From Paraphysomonas bandaiensis (taxonomy: Eukaryota; Protista; Chrysophyceae): a DNA stretch of 64,000 nucleotides. The notes beneath the pieces were generated by a model. The model had not been told where the DNA came from and searched no databases. It saw only the letters and a program-made list of their open reading frames with translations. Positions 53,916 through 64,000 of the stretch are shown here, in pieces. The stretch is from assembly GCA_965644295.1 (NCBI GenBank), contig CBFFRP010000238.1:186001-250000 (forward strand). The letters run 5' to 3'. Both the position numbers and the translations under genes were made by a program. Numbering within the stretch: position 1 is the first letter of the stretch; each line of letters starts with the position of its first letter.

Positions 53916-54829
53916 CGTGGCAAAAGTTTCGCTGAGTAAAGGCGCAGCAAATGACCGAGACAAATTAGCACCCCTAAATATTTTTCTTGAGTGCCAAAGG
54001 GAACGATTTATTATCTCAAACACGCTTCTGCTCAGAAGGTTGTAACTTATTCAAGTGCACGCTAAGGGCTGGCGTTAGTTGCAAATAAGGTTATATGGAT
54101 TGACTATGCAGTATATTACCCTGTCACCTCCGTCCGTATTTGCTGTAGAATCCATATGTTTGAAGCAAAATGTGAGACAATATTTTTTGTGCTTGATTTC
54201 CACTCACAACTCGGTAGGAGATGCCACAGTTTTTGGGAGTGTCATTTTTTAGGCGTTCCGGTGGGTAAAAAAATATGACATGATGAAAACACCCTCCTTT
54301 TTTATAGGAGTAACAGTCAAAAGAAAAGGTGGTTTTATGTCATATATGCATATAGTGTTGGAAAGATATACTGCATGTAGATATGCATAATGTTGGATCC
54401 AGGACACACTGAATCACAACAAGCACTCAGACTAGTCGACAGGCTTGGTAAAACTCGAGATAACAAAATTATGACTCGAGGTTCCTAATATAGGCCGCAA
54501 TATTATTTCTTACCATGCCATGAATGTTGAAAAGAAATGAAATCATTTCTAACCGCGGTCCATTGGTATTCGGTTTTGCATCTGCGCGCAGAATTGGAGA
54601 GAAGTGGACGATTTTCAAACTTGCAGAGTATATTCATTTGAAATAATCATAATTAATACACCAATACTTAAGATTGGATAGTTCCTGTGGTTTGTCACAT
54701 CAACACGGATATCTGGTTGATGATCGGGATGAGAGGGATGAATTCCTGGCCCTCTGAACCTGGTGATCTATTCAGAGTTGCTATCACTTCCTGTAAGGTC
54801 ATTATTTGTATTTTTTTGGGAAATAATCT

Positions 54830-55104
54830 TTCAACTGCTGTGTAGACAATAGCGAGTCTTCTATGGACAGACCTCACTTCGTTATTGAGTGAAAGAGTAT
54901 ATAAGTGTGTTATATTTTCACTTGTTGCGGTCTGCTGTTTATATTATAGAAGCTACAACCGACACATAAGCTTGTTATGTATCGTTTCAATATTATAAGA
55001 CTGTGTCTTCACGACTGTTGAAGTTGCCATCTTTTGGCATGTCAGCATAGATTATTTATTCACCACCTATGTGGTGACTGTGGTATATACGATGTGCACG
55101 TTCA
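54830..55104 (+). repeat. Left arm of a long inverted repeat (partner 63245-63527); gapped similarity extends out to about 54760 and 63580
   Basis: About 275 bp reverse-complementary to 63245-63527, with only a few substitutions and one 7-nt indel. Confidence 0.95.
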
Positions 55105-55509
55105 CTCTGTACACTTCGGAGAGTACACATGGACTATATAAGTGTTGTATGAGATGTATGTTTACTGCGTACGCTTCATACAACACGTAGAATACATTTT
55201 ATGTTGTATATGATTTGCACGTTCACTCTGTGCACTTTTGACTTCTGACAGTACTATCAGATTTTGGTCATACGCGTGGGCTATATACAAGTGTTTTATG
55301 AGGTTTATGTTTACTGTGTACTCTTCATACATCACAACGAGTACATTCTACATTGTATATGAAGTGCACGTTTACTCTGTACAATACACTCGGACTATAG
55401 ATGGGTGATTATGAATATGTGTTCTGTCTGTGTGTATCATACAATACACAAGAAGGCCTATATATCCGGAATGTGAGCAATATGTGTAAGCGTGCACGTT
55501 TACTGTGTG
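55090..55509 (+). repeat. Degenerate tandem array (GTGCACGTTCACTCTGT sub-motif; about 190-bp higher-order unit) continuing at 62352-62531
   Basis: 55314-55493 is repeated at 62352-62531. The hAT element interrupts the array at TTTA|CTGTGTR. Confidence 0.8.
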
Positions 55510-57657
55510 CAGGGCTGCGTAACAATAATTGTCAATTAATTAACGCAGGTTGTAGTCAATTATAATTGCGATTATTACTTGCTGTCTCAATTTCAATTAA
55601 TTGCAATTATTTAGTACTACACTAGATTAGCTTCCACTATAGCTACCTCAAGTGTCATTTCATTCCAGAGTAATACTCTTGTGCATATGTGCATATCAGT
55701 CATAACAATCTGAGCTCTACTGAACAACCTTTCAACACAATTGGTTGTGGCGTGCAAGTGCTTCATGCTGCGCTAACGAGTGACGATTAAGGCGTGCTCG
55801 CTCCCGCTGCCTGCTACCATCAATCTAACGTTGCGCTGCGCCGTCATTATTCTCTCACTGTCATCATCTTCTTCATCCTCATCGAACAAAAATATTATAA
55901 CTTTACTGTTCCTTGCTGCACGAATCAAAGCTCGGGCTGTATCTTTCGCCGATATACGTTTCGTGGGGAATAACTCAACCCACCTCGAGAAGGCATGAAT
56001 CAGCACCAATATACTCGTAAACCCATATTCATCCGGCATTAAGCCTTCAATATAATCCATATAAATACATTCCCCCATCGAATATTTCGACGGTGTAAAT
56101 GGACGAACCCACACAGATGGTTTCAACGATGACATTTTTTGACAACACACACATCTCTTAATAAAAGTTACTACATGCTGACGCATGTTCCTCCAATTGT
56201 TGTTGCTCCCGCGCAACTTTCCCATGGTCCGTTCTACTCCATGGTGACCCACTACACTATTGTGACAGGTCTTAATAACTTTCCAGAAGCGACTCGGGAA
56301 ATGCTCACACTCTGTATCCTGCTCCACCTCAAGGCACTGCTCGAATGAAGAACAGACATTTTCACCGATCTAATCGGATGCGTCCACCCCACAAATTTGA
56401 CTAAGAGCATCAGCCATCAAATTAAGTTCTCCTGCCAAGTGTTCGAAGGTAACATCAAACGACTGAAAACACATAAACCAGCGTTGCACACGCTTAAGAT
56501 GACCGTATTCTTGCTTAAGCTGGGGTAAGTTGTCGTGAACCTTTCGAACAATGAAACGTCGATCTCTCAACAAGTAGTATTCCCACATATTCAAGGCATC
56601 AAATATGGCGAATCCTTCCTGCTCACAGGAATGCCATTTCGCCAAGGTTGAGTCGAAAGCCTTACTAATCATACCAATTGTGCGCTCGTGACCCTCCATG
56701 ATTTGCACCAAATGAGCCCCAATCCCTATTATTGATGCATCAGTATATAGATAGATGGGGGAAACATCATCCATAAAAAATAATAAGGGACACTCATGAA
56801 TTCGCTCCTTCAGCTCATCGAATGCTACCGTGGCCTCCTCTGACCAGTCGAGCACTTTCCGATGCGCTTGAGACTTTTTGTATAATTTCCCAATATTGCA
56901 TGCAAAGAAAACTCATCAAAATGTATTTCACAACTCTTATATACCAGGCCCACAAGCACTATACTCTGCATTTGCCTCTGGAAATAAGATGGAGCGCCCT
57001 TTAAACCCATGGGGAGCCGGAGCCACTCGTACATCCCGTTTTGAGTAATAAAGGCAACCCAGCAAAGGATCGTTTACCCACTGGCGCCAATTCTATAGAT
57101 CATATCTCTTATATTTGGAATTGGCCAGCTTTCTGAAGTCGTGACCCGATTTAAGTTTTTATAGTCCAATACCAACTGCCATTTATTATCTGGCTTCGGC
57201 ACCACAAAGGGATGACTGTAATCAGTGGCTGTGCTAGGTTGGATTGCTCCTAACTTCTCTAGCTTAATTATCCACCAAACGTTGGAGCTCGCGCTAGCGA
57301 CTCCTGTCTAACCTCCGGGGAGGCAATTTATTTGCCGGTATAAACCACGTTTCAGACGGGTTTCGGACTTCTAACTCAAAAGGCTCCAGCTTGGCTGGTT
57401 TCCCTGTACGAATCTCTAATCGGAGTATATCCTTGTATTCAACCAGGACTTCACGAATACGACTCTGTAAACTCGGGGATCCTAATATTTTCTCTGAAAG
57501 CACTTGCGGATCACTTTCCGCACTTAAATAATCAGAATCAATAGACTCCAGTTGATCATCGCGAATCTCCTTCTCATATTCTCTAGGTTCCATACGGACC
57601 TGGTTGAGAAATTAGTAGTGTCCTCGACCCCCAGAGAGAGCAACTGCTCCTCAACTG

Positions 57658-58978
57658 AAGTCGAGGTAATACCAAAACCTGGGTTTTGATGTAAAACCTG
57701 GTGAAATTTTTGATGATGGTCGGAAAAGGGTATAACTATGCACAATAAGTAACTATGAAGTTAATAACAGTGTGAAGAGTATTATTTATAATATTTTTTA
57801 CTAATTTCTTCCATATTACTTCAGTTTTACAGCAATAAAAGTCACTGACTACACATATATATTACATACAGTTCACAAGTATGAACTATAACCATCTCAC
57901 TAAACACCACTATACCATCTCAGAATACACCCACATACCATCTCACTATACACCCATATACCATCTCACTATACACCCATACCATATTACTATGCATCAC
58001 TATACCATCCCACTATATTATACCACTATACCATCTACTGTATGCCACTATACCACCTAACTATACATCACTACACTATCTCACTATACACCCATATACC
58101 ATCTCACACCCATATACCATCTCACTATACACCCATACCATATTACTATGCATCACTATACCATCCCACTATATTATACCACTATACCATCTACTGTATA
58201 CCACTATACCACCTAACTATACATCACTACACTATCTCACTATACACCCATATACCATTTCACTATACACCTACGTATGGGACAAATCATACGCGATGGG
58301 CAGAAACCAAGCCAAAGGAAAAACCGGGCCTGATCACACTGCACTAACTGTGTATATATGATGGTGTAGGAGAAGTGCAACGGGAAGAAGAATGTTGTCA
58401 ACATTCGTGGCGACATATCCAACGACGACCCGGAGGCGGAGGAAGAGATACCACGAAAGCGCACGAGCAGGGTAAGTAATACTGTTCATAAAGATGGTGA
58501 CGGGGTCGTATGTCGTATATATGCGGTATTGTTCTGATTATTGTTGTGCGTTGTTACTATATACTGTACTAACTGCTTATAATCCTTCACCTGCTTATGA
58601 TCCTCCACCTACTAGCAATGTGCCCCCAGCGGCTGTTGCCGCGTCGTTTCCGAGCATAGGTACTAATACTACTGTAAGTAGTAGTGGTAAAGATAGCTAT
58701 ATGCGTAAGCAATGTATCCGAAATCAGGCTATTCGGTTGGAGCGTTTGCAGTCTCAAGCGAAGCAGATGTAGCTATATGAGAATATGATATTACAAAACA
58801 CAAGTAATAATAGCAGGGCCAACTTTTAACGCAATAAATACTGCTAATAACAACTATACTTGCGACTTTTTCTTTATCTTTAACCTCTCAGATACAAATT
58901 ACAGTAAAATAATAACTCAATACTTATATATGAAACCTGGTGAAATTGCTTTACCAGGTTTTGGTATTACCTCGACTT
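57658..58978. mobile_element. Non-autonomous TIR element with a 3-bp CTG TSD (PIF/Harbinger-like), inserted in the Gypsy fragment
   Basis: Perfect 25-bp TIR AAGTCGAGGTAATACCAAAACCTGG / CCAGGTTTTGGTATTACCTCGACTT. CTG at 57655-57657 and 58979-58981. Removing the element restores the minus frame ...GWSYP-VEEQLLSL. Confidence 0.85.
57885..58272 (+). repeat. Almost G-free CACTATACCATCT-type low-complexity array with a ~156-bp duplication
   Basis: ACCATATTACTATGCATCAC at 57981 and 58137; short CACTATAC/CCAT units throughout. Confidence 0.9.
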
Positions 58979-59942
58979 CTGGGTATGACCAACCTTCGCC
59001 ACTATCACTGATTCCCACCTCGAGTGGAGCTAACTCGCTCCGCACCCCGTGATTATAATTTTTGCGTAGCGGTAGACGAACGCTGGCTCGTTCCCCCCCA
59101 CAAGGGTAAGACGCATGCACGCCCAGGCCAAGAGGCACTGCTCCCCAGACTGATCATCTCTCTCTCTCGCATGAGGGAATGCGCTGTTAGGCTAACCGCC
59201 GTGCGCTGTCCGCGCTCATAAAAGCATTAGGGCAATGTACAACTAAATCTAGTTCTCGTACAGTCTGCACTTCTAAAATAATATCAAAATTTAAATCTAA
59301 TTCCCAAGCCTTTATCCTAGCGTGCAACCCCGGAGGCTCCTTTTTGCCTCCGTAAGGATTTTTACATCCAAGGGTAAACCCCTCTTACACAATGCAACAG
59401 CAGATTTAAAATCACCAGCAATATTCTTAGTTACGGGTATTGGAACAGAACCACTCTCTATCAACCACTGTACAACGTCCTTACTAATAAAGTTTGCTGA
59501 CGCGCCAGTGTCAAGTAGAGCCCTGCACATCCTTGTCCCACCCTGCTCATTTCAAACCATTACCTTTGGAGTATTTTCCATACGAACCACTCTTTGGAAG
59601 TTCTCGGTCGGAGACCCCTGCCTCCTCCCCTTCCATTGTACTGGAGGTTATCGGTTCCTCTGGAACCCCCTCACACTCCTGTTCTAAAATGCGCTTTCAT
59701 TTCCTTGTTCTCCTTGATATCAGTTCAAGTGAATATCGATATTATAACTTTACTGTTCCTTGCTGCATATCCACCCATCAACAATCAATCCGAAATGCAT
59801 TGGAAGCATATTGCAACTTCGTTATTATTATATTTTTCAAAGACCATGCGTGCATTGTCTTTAGGTACAAGTTTATCACTCATATCGCCAATTATTTAAA
59901 TGAATTATTATGTGACTGAGTTTATCCTATGGATATTATGGT

Positions 59943-62139
59943 GGGAAATATTATTCAACCTAGTCAAATTGGTTGAATTACCTAGTCACGCTATTTTTGG
60001 TGGAATAACCTAGTCAAAGTAATAAATGACTCAACCTAGTCGTTCTTATATCCATTGATTACACACTGTGACTGTCTAAGATACCATCTCACACCACACA
60101 ATATATTAGTGGCTTACAGAGCATCACAACAAACACTCAAACATAACAATAAGCTCATATATACATATCTACATAACACAGATGTACGTGTATGTCTATC
60201 TAGCCTATCTGTAGCATGTATGCATATAGCGATGGTCCCTGTGAGTGTTATGGGGAGGAGGGTCCATGAAGCTGTGGGCATAACTCACTCTATGATCCGC
60301 AGGACATCTTGAGATCTTCATATGCTGGGAGTGATGGCGCTCATCTTCCTTCACTTCAGCACTGAATGAATGACTTCGATTGCTGCATTGGCTTTCAGGG
60401 GTGCATAAATCTCCCTATTTTTAGTCCAACGGAAAAAAAAGGAGGTTTTCAGGGAACAAACTTCTAAAAGCAGCATCATTGAAGTGGACTGTAGAGCAGC
60501 ATCAGAACATCAGCATCATGAGTGTGTCATCAGTCTTACGGCATCATGAGTGTGTCATCAGTCTTACAGCATCATGAGTGTGTCATTTGTCTTACAGTAT
60601 CATGAGTGTGTCATCAGTCTTACAGCATCATGAGTGTGTCATCAGAACATCAGCATCATGAGTGTGTCATCAGTCTTACAGCATCATGAGTGTGTCATCA
60701 GTCTTACAGTATCATGAGTGTGTCATCAGTCTTACAGCATCATGAGTGTGTCATCAGTCTTACAGTATCATGAGTGTGTCATCAGTCTTACAGCATCATG
60801 AGTGTGTCATCAGAACATCAGCATCATGAGTGTGTCATCAGTCTTACAGCATCATGAGTGTGTCATCAGTCTTACAGCATCATGAGTGTGTCATCAGAAC
60901 ATCAGCATCATGAGTGTGTCATCAGTCTTACAGCATCATGAGTGTGTCATCAGTCTTACAGTATCATGAGTGTGTCATCAGTCTTACAGCATCATGAGTG
61001 TGTCATCAGTCTTACGGCATCATGAGTGTGTCATCAGTCTTACAGCATCATGAGTGTGTCATCAGTCTTACAGCATCATGAGTGTGTCATCAGAACATCA
61101 GCATCATGAGTGCGTCATCAGTCTTACAGTATCATCATGAGTGTGTCATCAGTCTTACAGTATCATCATGGTCATGTGCATCGAGACTGCCTCCCTGGCG
61201 CATGCGCAATTGTAGACCCCGGTCCTCAAAACTGTAAGCGCATGGATGTTATAGTCCAGGGTAGAAATGAGGTTCATTGGTAAGTATAACGACTCATGGA
61301 TTATTCATCATTAACAGCGGATAAATTTTTATAGGTACGTGAACTCAAAGAGGAACTTGTTCATTATTGAACATACGAGGGAGAACAGAATGTGCAAATC
61401 TTATATAGATATGTTTCATTCCGTCAAAAGGAAAGATCGACTTGCAGTACATCACTTGAGAGGTATGGGTAGTACATTTCTTTCTTAATTATATTTCTTA
61501 ATATTGCCACCAGGGGACATTGATGTGAAGCACATGTCCAGCTCGATCAGGCCTGCTAGGAAACGCGGCCGGCCTCGCAATGCAGCAAAAGCTTTAATCA
61601 ATGATGAATCCATTGATGTCATGGCCCTCAAGCCAGGGAACTGGAAGAATACGTACGTTCGCCACCCCCAGTACCTGAATGGTATGTGCGTAGATTACCG
61701 CGTAGTGCCAAATCACAAGAATGAAAAACTCCTTCGATGGCAGTGTCGGTTCTCGGATGCCCTGATGACATACTTCCACACCCTAAGATTGTTGGGTTCG
61801 ATGTCCATGAAATGAAGGAGGCTGTCGAACTTTACCGGACTTGGTCACGAGAAACTGCGCATTTCTCGTTCGATTGCGAAGACGAAATGTGATGCATTGC
61901 ATGTGTACAATAGATGCATTTGCATTAATTGATGGCTAGAGTATGCTCCCATGTTTGAGTAGAAGTTATTATTTTTGACTAGGTGAATACCTTAAAACAC
62001 CTAGTCAACCTAGTCATTGTAAACTGAAAATATGAATTATTAAATGACTAGGTTTTTCACCTACTTGACTAGGTTTTTACACCAATTTTGGTGTGACTAG
62101 GTAGTTCAACCATTTTGACTAGGTTGAATAATACATCCC
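59943..62139 (+). mobile_element. Non-autonomous Mutator-like (MULE) element with a 9-bp TSD
   Basis: TSD TATTATGGT at 59934-59942 and 62140-62148. Imperfect TIRs GGGAAATATTATTCAACCTAGTCAAATTGGTTGAA and TTCAACCATTTTGACTAGGTTGAATAATACATCCC, with repeated ACCTAGTC motifs. An internal spliced remnant LAVHHLR-GDID...RKRGRPRNAAKAL resembles the post-SWIM tail of MULE transposases. Confidence 0.85.
60514..61160 (+). repeat. 28-bp minisatellite, about 23 units
   Basis: Unit (C/T)ATCATGAGTGTGTCATCAG followed by TCTTAC(A/G)G or AACATCAG; period 28 (for example 60542, 60570, 60598). Confidence 0.97.
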
Positions 62140-63244
62140 TATTATGGTCTTTCATCAATCTTCAATTTTTTTCGTAAAAATTGGATTTTCACATTTAAAA
62201 ATGCCGTTTTTTATCAACTTTTTAGCATAAAAAGGTGTTTTTTAAATATCTTAATTGATAATTATTTGAAGCGAGGTGGAGTCAATTATAATGCAATTAT
62301 GATTTGATGTCCCAATTTCAATTATTGACAATTAATTGATACTCAGCCCTGCTGTGTACTCTTCATACAACACAACGAGTACATTCTATGTTCTATATGA
62401 AGTGCACGCTCACTCTGTACAATACACTCGGACTATAGATGGGTGATATGGGTACATTGCTCTGTCTGTGTGTATCATACAATACACAAGGAGGCCTATA
62501 TATCCGGAATGTGAGCTATATGTGTAAGCGTAACGGGGTTGCTCGATTCTCAGGTGCCCGTGGTGGAGCGTTTCTTCACAAAAACAAGCGGAGTGATGTA
62601 AGTATTAAGACCAATGAGAATAGGTGTCAAGATAAGCCAGAGAAGTCGTATAAGTTACCGAGTTGAGCCAAGTCAAAAAGACTGTTACAAGGAATGACCA
62701 TCGCCGTGCCGTGAAAGGCGACTATGACACTAAGACAACAGAGCGACGATAATGTTATGGAAGTAGAATACTGGTACTCTAAAGTTAAATGTAGCCTGCT
62801 TTGCAAAACTATCCGGCCAAGATGTGTACCTCTGAGTAGTTGTTGAACGAAATGGCGCTGGAGCTTTTTTCAAATTAGAGTACCGTTGCCCACAGTGCAT
62901 TGTATTCTTCAGTCTAAAAATAAATTAAGCAACGTAATTTTCAATTCAGTGATGTACTCTTGTCCAATCTGGAATTTCATCATATGAAGTAAGTAGCAGT
63001 GCTATATGCACTAACGTAGTAAAATGATAAATACGTTATACATAATATATACCAGGTATCAACCATACAATGCGTACTCCACATTTGCATGCAAACCTAT
63101 ATAGAGATAACATTCAAAAAGTACATACCATGAGCAACATATCCACTTCATGAAGCAACACTAGTCAACCCTTATGTCATGTACGGAGCACACAGAGTGA
63201 ACATACATATCACATAGCTCATATAGAGTGTTCTACAGGTTGTA

Positions 63245-63527
63245 TGAACGTGCACATCGTATATACCACAGTCACCACATAGGTGGTGAATAAGTAATCT
63301 ATGCTGATATGCCAAAAGATGGCAACTTCAGCAGTCGTGAAGACACAGTCTTATAATATTGAAACGATATATAACAAGCTTATGTGTCGGTTGTAGCTTC
63401 TATAATATAAAACAGCAGACCGCAACAAGTGAAAATATAACACACTTATATACTCTTTCACTCAATAACGAAGTGAGGTCTGTCCATAGAAGACTCGCTA
63501 TTCCGTATTGTCTACACAGCAGTTGAA
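63245..63527 (-). repeat. Right arm of the long inverted repeat (partner 54830-55104)
   Basis: Reverse complement of the left arm, with an extra CCGTATT at about 63503-63509. Confidence 0.95.
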
Positions 63528-64000
63528 CGATGATGAAGTGATACGACGTAGCAACTCTGAATGTACTCAACAGCACCTGGCTGTATACTATATCATATAT
63601 ACCGTATACATGCATACCATAGAAAACGGGGTATATACTGGTATACAGCACATGCATAATATTTGTGCTTGAACAAGTAACAAGAATGCGGGCGAATTCC
63701 GTTTCATAGCAGTGCTGTCGATGAAGTTCTACACACAGAATCAGATAGTTTTGTTATCATCATAAAGAATGTTACGTTTTGACGCTCATTTAGTTTGATT
63801 GAAAGAATTGACTACTGCTTTTACCGTCATGCATGGTGCAAGAGCGAATAATGAAGAAGCCAGCGCAGTCGATGAAGCTGTTGATATGCGTTCGAATAGA
63901 TTACGTTTTCACAAAACCCGTGCAAAACGCTTTATCCTCAAAGGTGAATCTACGCTGTCCCAGAAAATGATAACGAATGGCTATTTTCTAAAATTTGAAA

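Larger units (their letters stand above)
55921..59690 (-). mobile_element. Degenerate Ty3/Gypsy pol fragment (PR-RT-RH-IN), no LTRs seen
   Basis: Protease ALLDTGASANFIS (59312-59530). RT remnants YEWLRLPMGLKGAPSYFQR. RNase H LYTDASIIGIGA...NLMADALS. Integrase H...GHHG...CxxC and MDYI...FSRWVELFP, truncated at 55921. Domain order is Gypsy-type. Confidence 0.9.
55510..62351 (-). mobile_element. Non-autonomous hAT element with both TIRs and a 7-bp TSD, carrying nested insertions
   Basis: TIRs CAGGGCTGCGTAACAAT(T)AATTG and CAATTAATTGATACTCAGCCCTG. Flanks CTGTGTG (55503-55509) and CTGTGTA (62352-62358). The minus strand encodes MKHLHATTNCVERLFSRAQIVMTDM. Confidence 0.85.

Noticed and set aside
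55773-56327. Functional integrase-hAT fusion protein
   Set aside because: The integrase core is truncated before the full DDE triad and the upstream pol is frameshifted. Treated as a junction by-product.
58042-58347. Tyr/His/Pro-rich ORF
   Set aside because: It is a translation of the G-free low-complexity repeat and has no gene structure.
60514-61160. CRISPR-like array (constant 20-mer plus variable segment)
   Set aside because: The variable part is only 8 nt with two recurring states rather than unique spacers. There are no cas genes, and the context is a eukaryotic TE.
63660-64000. Possible coding fragment at the window end
   Set aside because: Frames are interrupted, no motif is recognisable, and it is truncated by the window.

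Overview
Gene-dense eukaryotic nuclear DNA with short (mostly about 40-60 nt) spliceosomal introns. CEP290 implies a flagellated organism, and a stramenopile-type protist is my inference. Fourteen protein genes lie in 1-54 kb: an S8 subtilisin (cut by the window edge), an unknown protein, a degenerate kinesin-ankyrin fusion, PRP16, a CSRNP-motif protein, CEP290, a putative glycosyltransferase, an ankyrin protein, RPN7, a sulfatase, a WW-repeat mitochondrial candidate, a TBC1D22/GYP1 RabGAP, an atypical Rab and CK2 alpha. From 5.5 kb to 54 kb, 13 genes alternate strand perfectly. They form six head-to-head pairs with short shared upstream regions, and transposon debris sits in the tail-to-tail gaps. 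That debris includes hAT ends, LINE-like fragments, a ~195-bp hairpin, and a modular repeat family that often folds back on itself and partly resembles an HDV-like ribozyme. The region 54.8-63.6 kb is a resolvable nest of transposons: a long inverted repeat encloses a tandem array, into which a hAT element with a 7-bp TSD inserted. The hAT element holds an LTR-less Ty3/Gypsy pol fragment (itself interrupted by a Harbinger-like element with a CTG TSD) and a MULE-like element with a 9-bp TSD that carries a 28-bp minisatellite. No rRNA, tRNA or CRISPR array was recognised. All calls are by eye, with no database searches.
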